This document shows positions 1-10,232 of a DNA stretch of 64,000 nt, piece after piece. The stretch is from Camelus dromedarius (lineage: Eukaryota). The DNA lies in contig NC_087437.1 in NCBI RefSeq assembly GCF_036321535.1, positions 79,796,001-79,860,000 on the forward strand, given 5' to 3'. Numbering within the stretch: position 1 is the stretch's first letter; the number at the start of each line of letters is the position of its first letter. The position numbers and the translations under genes are program-made. The notes under the pieces are model-generated. The model saw only the letters and a program-made list of their open reading frames with translations, did no database searches and was not told the DNA's origin.

Positions 1-212
1 GATGAATCTAGGTACAAATGAAGTCTGAGGGCAGTCTGCTGAATTCCCTCTTGCTCTGGGAGAATGGTCTTTTTGTTCTATTCAAGTCTTCAACTGATTG
101 GGTGGGGCCTTTCTACATTATGGAGGGAAATCTGCTTACTCAGAGTTCATCAGTTTAAATGTTTATCCCACCCAGCTACACCTCCAACTTAACACATAAA
201 ATTAACCATCAC
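1..212 (-). mobile_element. MLT2-type (ERVL) LTR, partial, cut by window edge
   Basis: Ends ...aaaattaaccatcaca, the reverse complement of the MLT2 start TGTGATGGTTAATTTT. Contains the typical internal 'tcttcaactgattgg...cattatggagggaaatctgcttactcaga'. Confidence 0.8.
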
Positions 213-1490
213 ACATGCATTAAGATGACAGATATAACATCTCAGATATTCTTGATCTTGTTATCTCAGCTAATAGAAACTAAATTACATATGTGATCTA
301 TACTTTCCCAGTAGTGACTTCTTTGTGGTAACCTGGGACAATAGTCCATAGTCTAGACAATGCCATGGCACACAACCAGCCACTTTATCACATTAACATC
401 AGTTCAGATTCAGATTGGCATTACCTCTTACTCCAGAATTGAGTAAAATGCACCAGCATAGAACCCTGGGACAGTTTTCCTAGCAAAGGATATTTTTTAA
501 ATTAGTCAACAGAAAAGTTTATTCCTTAGTTGGTCAGTAAGCTCATAATCACCCTGTTTAGTAGGATTAAAAAAGAATCTAAATCATCTTCTTTGTCTTT
601 CTAAATTAGATGTAAAGTACTGGTATATTAACATAATAAACACATCCCCTTTGCCTCTTTCTTACATACTTAAGTAGGTAAAGATTTTACAACATTATTC
701 TGTCACTTTGTACTTTAAGACCCAACATTCAACATTGTCTCACTTGGTCTTCATAGCAATCATATAAGGTAAATAAGAAAATACGGGATTTTCACTACTT
801 TATTGTTCTGAAAACAGAAACAGAAAGGTTAATAAATTTCTCAAGATTGTCCACCTGGTGACCAAGACTTAACTAGAAGGCAAGAGTCTTTATTATTATT
901 TCAGTACTCCCTTTTTTGGCCATATTACACTGAATTTTAACTGATCAGTTGAGTATCATACATCAATTAGATAAACTTGAATTCTTCACCTTGTCCTCTA
1001 GATGAAAAATAATTTAAAAATTGTCTTTCCATTTCATTATCAAATCATCATCCAAGAATAATTTTATATATTCAGCATCTACCACATACAACGCATTCCA
1101 TTACATCAACTATTTAACGGCCACCCCAAAAGATTCTAAAGTTCCTGTGAAATCCCAACAACATGAGTGTGTAGATAAATGGGAAGCTAAATTGGGACTA
1201 TAGATGTAGGTACCACTAGAAAGCGAGTCTGTCATGATCGCTTTTTTCACATTATTGTTCCAGAATTTTCATTGAAATGCTAAGTCAGCAGGGTTTATCT
1301 ACAGTATCATATTTCTCCCCAGATTTTGCAAGGCAATTTATTGAGACCATAGTGTGTGTGTCCATGTGAGCTCCATTTGCCTTCCATACACCTTCAAACT
1401 CAAGGCACGGGCAGGTAATGTACTTCCTTGCTTCATGAGGTTTAAAAGGGTTGAAAGCAAAAGCTGTCTAGTAATAGAACTGCTTCATAT

Positions 1491-1974
1491 AAAGCTATTC
1501 TTCAATTTACTTTGGAATTCTGGTCCAATAAGCCCATCCTACATAGAAAATATTTTTAGTCAAAAATGCATTAAATACACCTCACCTCCTGAGCATCATA
1601 GCTCAGCCTAGCCCACCTTAAACGTGCTGTCAGAACACTTACATTAGCCTACAGTTGGACAAAATCATCTAACACAAAGCCTGTTTTATGATAAAGTGTT
1701 GACTATCTCTTGTGATTTATTGAATACTGTACTGAAAGTGAAAAACAGAATGCTTCTGAGTGTATCTATGTTCTGCCCTCATGATCGTGATGATGTGGTT
1801 GACCGGGAGCTGTGGCTCACTGCTACTGCCCAGACTCACCAGAGAGAGTACTGTACAGTGTATCAGTAGTCTGGGGAAAGACCAAAATTTAAAGTTTGAA
1901 GAACAGTTTCTACTGAATGTCTGTTACTTTTCCTCCATCGAAAAGTCGAAAAATTCTAAGTCAAGGATTGTCTG
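1491..1974 (+). mobile_element. Tigger5/MER47-type non-autonomous DNA transposon (TcMar-Tigger)
   Basis: 'catcatagctcagcctagcccaccttaaacgtgct..cagaacacttacattagcctacagttgg...gaatactgtactgaaagtgaaaaacagaatg' matches the recalled MER47/Tigger5 consensus. The terminal inverted repeats are decayed. Confidence 0.8.
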
Positions 1975-2679
1975 CTTTTGGTTAAAGCCTACTCTTATTA
2001 AAGAGAGGATGCTGGACTTTGAGGAGAGGTGGGAAGAGAGTGGAAATGGGCTGTCAGTGTAGCAACACAGAACAAGACTGCCTGGAAAGAAAATGGAGGA
2101 GAGAAATTCCAGTGTGGTGGAGAACTCAATGGAGCAGCACCCTCAAAAAGTGAGAAAATCTCAGAAAGAACTTGGTACACACTGTACCAAGGGATTTTGG
2201 AGCCTAATAGCCAGATTTATCTGCTCTGGGTCTATGAAAGGCAGAGAAGGAGAAAGCCACTGGACTGTGAGTGTCCCTAAGACTTTTCACTGAGTTGCAA
2301 ATTTGTCGTATCATGCATAAAGGGGATCACACAGATCATGTGATCAGTCGCAGAGTTGAAAAAGAAAAGGGACCTAAGTAATAATGGAGATTGAGTGTAG
2401 ATCCAGAGTCAAATCAGATTAAACCAAATAAGGCTGTATTTCTCATCATCTGAGTGTAAAGGTTGAAATTCACTCTCATTATACAAATTTGACCCTAACT
2501 TACGTGGCAACTCAGTAGAGTGAGAATAAGAAACTGGCTGAGTGACCTATTTTCTTTATTTTTGGCTTAGATGTAGGGACATAGGAAATGAATATGAGGT
2601 TCCTGGACTTGTGCTAGGTTTTTTTACTCAGTTATCACATTTGATATACACAGCGGAGCTTTGAAATACTGACTGGTGT

Positions 2680-2800
2680 TTCTGTTTTAGAAACAAGGAA
2701 CTGAGGCTCAGGATGAATAATTTAAGTCACACAGTTTGTAAGTGGCTCAGACGTGACATGAACTCAGACTCAAATGCCTCTGATTCCCTTCATAAAACTC
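2680..2800 (-). mobile_element. MIR SINE fragment
   Basis: Antisense MIR core 'aaggaactgaggctcagg...agtcacacagtttgtaagtggc'. Confidence 0.6.
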
Positions 2801-3139
2801 TACTGCCTCCCTCCCAGGCTTTTGTTCTGTGTTCTGTCAGGGTTTGGCCTTGAAATAACACAACACTGTAAACTGAATATGCTTTAAAAAAAATCTACTT
2901 CTCCATAAAAGTAATAAGGACGCTGGAAAAATTGTCAAAATCAACTTTTTCAGAACTCTGGAAAACAACAGAGGACTTTACAGTATATGAATTTATATTT
3001 TAATAAATCAGTTATGAAAAAGTGCCTATTTTGTTCAAGCCAGATTCACCAAAATAACTTCCCTATTTATTTCTCTCTCCGTGAATGGACATTTAGATCT
3101 CTCCCATTTATGGATGACATTGTGTGTGACATATATTTT

Positions 3140-3487
3140 GGAGAAAAGTGATTTAATTATACATATACCGTATATATACTCTTTTTTAGATGCTTTTCCA
3201 TTATAGGTTATTATAAGATATTAAATATAGTTCCCTGTGCTATACAGTTGGTCCTTGTTGTTATGTATTTTATATATATTAGTGTGTATCTGCTAATCCC
3301 AAACTCCTCATTTATCCTTCCTCCTCACTCCTTCCCCCTTTGTAACCACAAGTTTTGTTTTCTATGCCTGTGAATCTATATCTGTTTTGTAAATAAGTTC
3401 ATTTGTATCTTTCTTTAGATTCCACACATAAGTTATATTATATGATATTTGTCTTTCTCTGTCCAACTTCCTTCACTTAATATGATT
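3140..3487 (-). mobile_element. L1 3' end fragment (artiodactyl-type)
   Basis: Antisense L1 3'UTR: 'ataggttattataagatattaaatatagttccctgtgctatacag...tttagattccacacataag...tatttgtctttctctg'. Homologous to the L1 tails at 27005, 41404 and 45972. Confidence 0.85.
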
Positions 3488-4366
3488 TTTGAAGTTTCTT
3501 AATTTGCCATTCCAGAACTCTCACTTCTGAAATGGACAATTTAGGTATTTTTCCTACCTGCTTTTCATGATTAGATAAAACAAAAGCATTTCTAATCCTA
3601 AAGTGCTAACCACAGAACGTAGTTTTTTAGCCACTAAGCAATGAAATATTTAACTACTCTAAGGTTCAGTCCAAGAAATAACAGCACAAAATGCTGATAG
3701 TGGTATAATTATGCTTAGTTTGTTAACCAATATGCAAAAGTGCTAATATCCTATCAAATAAGAAATATTGATAATACAGAATGTCAAATAATGCAAAACT
3801 GAACATCTCCTTGTATAGTTGATCCTTTTGAGCTTAGGTTTACAAAGCAGTCAGTATACATACACATAAAACAAACTCTCCAGTTACGTCATCACCTCAT
3901 TCTGATGTTCTGTGTAGACAGTAGGCATTATAAGAAGGCTGCCCCCTCTCAATGACAGAGAGATAGGACATTTTATCATGACATTTATCTTATCAAGAGA
4001 GTAAGAATTGAAACCTTGTGAACCTAACCAAAACCTATAAAAATTTTACTCTCATATCTTCTGTGTAAATGTTTTCACATTAAAGTTATTAAAATATGAA
4101 TGTTCAAAATTGAAACAATTAAGTGTAGCTGAGTTCACAAAAGAAAATGGGATAAAAATTAAAAAGCTTCTTAATTATCTCTGCACAGTAACAGCAGCCC
4201 CAAGACATCAAGCTCATGATATAATCAATAAAATGGTCATGTCATAAATTCTAACATAATTTATGTAGTTAGTAAATCTCCCAAGGAGGAAACACTATAA
4301 TGCACTCAACAGATTTTATGATTTTATTTTTGGCCTGAAATGTGAAGCTTCTTGATTGACTAAAAT

Positions 4367-4375
4367 TATATATAT

Positions 4376-4417
<42 letters not shown>

Positions 4418-4431
4418 ACACATATATATAT
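4367..4431. repeat. (CA)n microsatellite flanked by (TA)n
   Basis: Directly visible dinucleotide run. Confidence 0.95.
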
Positions 4432-5629
4432 GAGAAAATATAACTCATCTACTGAAATACATGTAGCCCCTCTAGTCAAAGAACCTAAGAAAAATAATAA
4501 ATAAAATCTGCCCCCAGAAATCTAATTTGGAATCACTTTGGGAAGGTTATTTCTCATTTTTAATAACATGGAATTCGGAAGCTACAATAATGGAAACAAA
4601 AATTGCTCTAATGGTAATAAAATATTTGTAAACTAAAATATATTCATTTTGACTGCAGAGGAGACATTTAAATAATTTAACTGCTGTGAATAAAATTGAA
4701 ACGGGGCTGTAATGACTCAGATTTTCAGCATCCCTTCCTTTATGAAGAGAAAGAGCTGTTGCAGGGTTCCCCATCATAGATACTTCTCTCCTGCCAAATA
4801 AAAAGATGAAAAATACGTACCAGGTGCAGGGAGAGAGAGCCCGCAGTAAACTAGCAAAATACAGGTGATACTTTATCCAATCACTCTTTTTTATTAATGT
4901 GATGTCTTTCAAATATGTATTTCATTAACTCCATAAGTATATACATGAGGGATACATCACCCTTCGGTGAAGGCTAGAAAACAGCTAATATTTTGTCAAT
5001 TTCGCAATCCTTTTTCACTGGCTCTTTAGGAAGTACTAAAAATAACTTTTTAAAATCAATACTACAAAAGCGTGGCCCAAACGTTACCTGAGAGTTTTCC
5101 TGCTCTTCCCTGGGACACTCTCTCCCCCACAATAATCTGGGAATCTACCAACATCAAAGTCTAGAATCTAAACAGGAAAACAAAGTTAAACTGGTTTAAA
5201 TATTGTTATAATTTGTTCTTGAATATTTATAAAGAGATGACTTTAGAATAAAGACATTTAGAACAAAGAATGAATCTTTCCACTACTCTGATCACCACTC
5301 CTACTCCTCTATCCACAGACAAAAAAGGTTTTTCTTAAAATATATCTTCCACTAATGACTATTATCCTCTAGTTCCTATTCTTTTTCCTCCATCCAGTCA
5401 CTGCCTTTTCTCTGTCCTTTGTCCCATATTAAATGTATGGAACAAATGAAACCCTCTCCCAAATCTTTGCCATGAAGCCAAGGACCACTATTTGCAGGTG
5501 GCCAAGGACCACTATTATTTTAATCGCCACCGATTCCTCCATCGTTTAACTGATTCTCTCTTAAATTTCGGCAGCTAAATTAGACCTCAGGGAGGAGGAT
5601 AACACTGTACATGTTGGCCCTTACATTTA

Positions 5630-6310
5630 CCCAGCCTCCTATAGCAGAAGTCCTAAGAGGATCCACCAGAGCTGATTCTCATCAGGAAAAAAATGCTTAT
5701 CCTCATTGTCTGTCCACTAGGTGGCGGGGTCCAGATGTCCATCACCCAAATACAAAACATATCAGGGATAATACTGGAAGCTCCTGAATCGTAACACCCT
5801 TCTACCAACAATTCATAGCCGACAACCCCAATATGGACACCCATGTCTTATCCCTGCACATAACTAAATTTCTGGCTCATTTCCCATCCCTACTGTGAAT
5901 GGAGGACTGACTCTGATCTATTGTGTGGTACCTGATCCCTAGCTCTTGTCAGCTCTTCCTTCCATGTGACCTAACCTCTACTCTCCTCCGCTTACCAGCA
6001 AACACTGGCTGAGGACTAAAGGAAAGAGATCACCCAGAATTCAAAGGCCAGGGCCCCTTCACCTGTAACAGCACATATTTTGTTCCTCTCAGTACCTCTT
6101 TCGATTTTTTGGAGAAATAAATGCCTTCCTTTGATAAATAGTTCCTTCTCCTCCAGTCCAACTATGCGATTCCAGCGATGGCTTCCCACAATCACCTTTA
6201 TCTGTGATCCAGCCATGCAGGTCCTGTTGGACCCATGCAGACCCAATCCTAATTACACTGGCCTCAAGCCCATAGCATTAGTCCAATAGGTGAACAATTT
6301 CTGAAGCTGC
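5630..6310 (-). mobile_element. Possible highly decayed CR1/L2-group LINE endonuclease (APE-like) remnant
   Basis: Frameshifted minus-strand translation gives, in the expected order: YWTNAMGL, QQDLHGWITD, HRWN..ELFIKGR, RGTKYVLLQVK, WTPPPSGQ, ILL(G)DFCY. These resemble the CR1 endonuclease motifs YTNARS, YDLIGITETW, HDWN..LFRKDR, RGGGVALYVK, YRPP and MGDFNY. One spacing is longer than typical. Confidence 0.4.
5714..5726 (+). promoter_or_regulatory. CTCF core motif match
   Basis: CCACTAGGTGGCG fits the CCASYAGRKGGCR consensus. Motif only; binding is not shown. Confidence 0.45.
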
Positions 6311-6549
6311 TCCAGCGGCATCCTGCTCCAGGAGCTAGATTTGGAAATTGAATTATTATACCACACGATTAATAGGAAAAGAGAACTTAATTATCACTTA
6401 GCTCACGTTGTTTTATTCTCTTGAAATCAGAGACGCTTTGTGCAGCTTCTTCATGTAATTACTTTGTTTAGGAAAAGTATTCTTCATAATACTCCTCAGT
6501 CCAGTTTGTAGCCACATTGTCACAAAACATTAGTTACCCTAGTTTGCAT

Positions 6550-6680
6550 CGTGAGTGCTGTGAGGGCAGGATATTTATCTCTTCTGTTCCCTAATATATC
6601 TCAGGATTTGAGAAATAAGATCTCAAGATCTTTGAGCAGTATCTGGCACAGAGTACTCAGAAAATACTGGTTGAATGAAA
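6550..6680 (+). mobile_element. L2 3' end fragment
   Basis: 'tgtgagggcaggata...tctggcacagagtactcagaaaatactggttgaatgaa' is a typical L2 tail. Confidence 0.65.
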
Positions 6681-7754
6681 TTAATAATATATTAATATAT
6701 TCCCAGAAAGGTAATTTTTTATCTTTTTACTTGATGAGTGCATTGAAATAACAGAAAGCCTATCATTGATTTGCTAAGTTCAGAGATTCATAGGATTGAG
6801 CTCCATGGAAGAATAATGGAGTTTAATCTGGCCTCCTGCAATTACCGTTTGGGAAAGGGTCCTAGGGAGCCAAACTCCTTCCCACTCTGATTGTCCCATA
6901 TTTTCTGGAAAAGACTTCCCCCAGAAACACACTGAATACAAATCTGGATTGCTTAAGGTCTCAGCCAGCTCTCAGCTTTGAGTATATTTAAATTAGTCAA
7001 ATGCTCACTCTAAAAAGCACTGGTGTGGGAGTACTCAGCTTCTGATGCATTCTGGCTGAGCACTCAGCAACCCTAGCCTCCTGCTACTAGTTAGCTTTTG
7101 GTCCTCATATGAGCTCAAGCTTCAAATTTGCAGATGTTTATATCTCAAATTTCCGAACAGTCCCGAACTCAACCTTCTGCCCCTCTAACAGTGGGGGAAA
7201 TACAATAACAATCTTTTAGTATATGTTCATCAAGAATTCAATTCATCACAACACTTAAGGAAGATATTAAAGCGGTGAATGTGTGCAACTGCCAAACAAC
7301 CAAAGTCCCTCAGTCCACAGCACAAACTTTTCTGAGAAATGGAATGGGACACTTGAGACTACACTATCTGAAAGAACAAAGAGTCGTGACGTAAGAGATT
7401 CACTTCACTGTAGCAAGTTCATACGTTGTACGAGAAAACCCATTCCCGAATTTCTTGTCCCCTTTTCCTTAATTAAAACGTTTTGAGCATTTTGTTTTAG
7501 ATGTGCAAAGCTTAAAGCAGCATAACAATGATTCCATAAACTCTTGGACGTAAGGTCCACACACCTCCTTCACTGTGCCTAAACATTCCCCCGGTGAGAA
7601 AATTAACATTTACCCAGTGCCTGTTATGTGCCCCAACCATGAAATGTTATTTCATGATTGATGCCTCAGCTAATAGTTTTGATTTTATACGTAAAATAAG
7701 ACAGGATAAGTTAAGACAGGATGTCAAACAAATATTATCACCATTTGAACTGAG

Positions 7755-7967
7755 GGGCAACGTGATATAGCGGCCATTCTAGACTGCGTGGACTTGAATG
7801 GTAGTTCTTATACTTACTAGCTTTGTGTCTTTGGGCAAGTTTTTAAAAATGTCTTTGCGTCTCTTAGCATTTCAGTTTCTCCATCTATAAATTAGCAATA
7901 ATAATTGCAAAGAGTTAATACTTTAACCTGCTTAGAACATTGCTACAACACAGAAAATAATTAATAA
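7755..7967 (+). mobile_element. MIR SINE
   Basis: MIR core 'acttactagctttgtgtctttgggcaagtt...cagtttctccatctataaa'. Confidence 0.7.
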
Positions 7968-7969
7968 AT

Positions 7970-8182
7970 ACAGTCAATCCCCAAACAACCTGAACTGCAT
8001 GGATTCACTTACATGAAAATTGTTTTTCAATAAGTATGTACCACAGTACTACATCATCTGAAGCTGGGTGAATTTGCAGATGTGGAACTGTGGATTCAAA
8101 GGACCAACTGTAAAGTTATACTTGGGTTGTTCAACTGGTGGTTTGGTGTCCCCAGCCTCCTCATTGTTCAAGGGACAACTGT
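7970..8182. mobile_element. Tigger2/MER8-type MITE
   Basis: Terminal inverted repeats 'cagtcaatccccaaacaa' and 'ttgttcaagggacaactg' are close to CAGTTGACCCTTGAACAA. Internal 'gatgtggaactgtggat..aggaccaactgtaaagttatac'. Confidence 0.7.
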
Positions 8183-9146
8183 CCTAGCTATTATTATCAA
8201 AGTTATTTCCACCCAAAAACTCCAGGACTCATCAACGCACTTTTCTCATATTTCAGTAACTAAAAAATATATTGTGAGAAAAAAAACTCAATTCTTTTTG
8301 GGAAGATGTAATTAACAGTTTTATAAATCACAATAAAATAGATGAAATAAACCAACTGCTCAGAAAAAAATCCAATCGCTGGTGATGGTAAGATCAAACA
8401 GTAATTTCTTCTAAGGCGCCTGATAAAAAAGCCACTCACTGTATAATGAAACAAACAATATTCTTTGCAACAGCCATCTAATAAGCATAATGACAAACTC
8501 AATTATCAATATAGGCTGATGGCATCATACCAGAGCTCAGTTCAGAACAGCAATTCAGGAAAAGAGATTTTGCAAAGGGATGCTGTTGATTTGCAAACTC
8601 AGGAGATTTCCAGGTGAAATCCAAAACTGGCCCCTTACAAAGAGGGCAGGGAGAGACCTAAGAAAGAGGCAGGTCACTCCATATTGGCAGGTGGCAGTTT
8701 TAGTAAGCAAGGGACATACAAGGCTTGTCTTGGTCAGCCTCAAGACCAGTAGATCTCTGCACCTGCCCGCCCGAATCTTAAAAGTTTGTACAGCTTTACC
8801 AGGGTTCAGTCACATATTCAGCTCAGATGGTCTGAAAAGCATCTTAGTCTCTCAACACTAGTTCTTGGAATTGCTCCTAGTAGGCAAATGGTGGACAGAA
8901 CGTACATTCAAAGGACGGGAGGAATGAGGAGCCTGGGTCCACCTTGAGGGTCAACCAACAGGCAGATCCTCTCTGTGACTTCCTTCAGCAGATGTTAATG
9001 AACTAGATGACCTGCTTTCTGTTGCTTTAGCTGTTTCAAGGAATGTAATTTATATCATTTGTAAAAGGAGATGGACTGCTTGACTTTAAGCAAGCCTCCT
9101 TGAATACTCTTTCCGTAAAATAATGTTTTGAAAAACAAATAACGCA

Positions 9147-9292
9147 GAGAGGGTATAGCTCAGTGGTCAAAGAGGGCATTTAGCATGCACGAGGTCCTGG
9201 GTTCAATCCCCAGTGACCCCATTTAAATAGATAAACCTAATTACCACCTCCTTCCCCAAAAAAACAAATAAAAAAATTTTAAGAAAAGAAAA
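9147..9292 (+). mobile_element. tRNA-Ala-derived SINE (camelid Vic-1-like)
   Basis: Pol III A box TAGCTCAGTGG (9156-9166), AGC anticodon-like loop and B box GGTTCAATCC (9200-9209). These are followed by the non-tRNA 'aaatagataaacctaattaccacctcc' and an A-rich tail. Confidence 0.85.
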
Positions 9293-9552
9293 ATTGAGTG
9301 AGAGAGCTTGAGACTGTATTCTTGGCAAAAGAAGCTGGGAGGGCAACTAGTCCACGCTGTGATTTGAGCATAAATACATTTTCCTTACCAAAGAAAATGT
9401 GGGGTAAAATCATTTTGTAGACGTTGAGGTGTCTAATAGAGACAGTTGCCTAAATTTAAGACCCCTCTATCTTTGTGATGTTCTATCTTAGTGATGTTGT
9501 CAAGTACCTTCTAGGTATATTAAATACAGACCATAGACAAATCAGAGATCAA

Positions 9553-10232
9553 CTTCTTCCTCAGCAAATGGGCTCGGCCCCAGTTCCCAGCACTCATGAA
9601 CATGATCAAGCGCCAAGTCCAGGGTGGCATCATAGCCAAGATTTTCACCAGCCCACAAGCCTCCTGGATTCCACTCCCAGTAACAGTTCCCACAGAAGTG
9701 CCAAGTACGGAGTACCGTAGGGAAGCCATCCCCGCCACTCTGGTCTCCCCAAGGCCGTCCAGGTTTCTGGTTGGGGAGCTCCTTCTTGGGGAAATCCGTT
9801 CCCCCCTTCATGGCCACAGTGCTGCCATGCCCAGTGCCCTCGCAATCTCCCCGGTCCTCCAGTGACTTGATCACCTGTGACCAGGCCCAGGAAGCCACGA
9901 GGAAGCAGCAGCCTGGCGAAACCAATGCTGGCCCACCTGGAGTTGCCACCACCAGTCCCCAGGCTTCCTTCTGAGGTACTTAGCTTCTGGGCGCCCCTCC
10001 CCACAGCCCTCTCCTCCTCACCCCTCCCCAACCTACCCCACCGCAGACTAGCAGAAGGAGGCTTGCAGAAGTATTTGGATTATTTTATACCAAAACACCA
10101 AAAAGGAAACTGAGAAAGCACTGCTCTTTACTATCCAAGCCACACACGAGCTTTCCTGACACCTCATAACCAGGTACCTTGTACCAAGAGGACAATAAAC
10201 AAAGTGGCCAGACAAAAGAAAAAAAAAAGAAA
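9553..10232 (+). pseudogene. PPDPF: Processed pseudogene of PPDPF (pancreatic progenitor cell differentiation and proliferation factor)
   Basis: Frameshifted translation gives LDSTPSNSS / EAIP..GLPKA..PGFWLGSSFLGKSVPPFMATVL...TCDQAQEATRKQQPG..NAGPP. This is colinear with PPDPF as recalled (LGSTSSNSS..GEAIP..GLPKADPGHWWASFFFGKSTLPFMATVL..ARDAPRKQPG..AGPPS). It is uninterrupted, the start is mutated to ATA (9632), AATAAA lies at 10194, an A-rich tail at ~10213-10232, and a candidate TSD AGAGATCAA at 9544 and 10248. Confidence 0.9.

Noticed and set aside
9147..9222. tRNA-Ala(AGC) gene
   Set aside because: The D-arm/anticodon stem is disrupted and followed by a SINE body and A tail. It is a SINE, not a tRNA gene.
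9527..9660. Coding-looking stretch (TIDKSEINFFLSKWARPQFPALMNMIKRQVQGGIIAKIFTS) suggesting a chimeric retrocopy
   Set aside because: 'catc ata gcc aag att ttc acc agc' aligns to the PPDPF start (ATG GCG GCC ATC CCC TCC AGC). The upstream part is more simply its decayed 5'UTR, and I recognised no second parent gene. A BLASTX would settle it.
9542..9952. 136-aa minus-strand ORF with faint Sm/CITED-like words
   Set aside because: It is the antisense shadow of the PPDPF retrocopy with a non-ATG start; the similarity is anecdotal.
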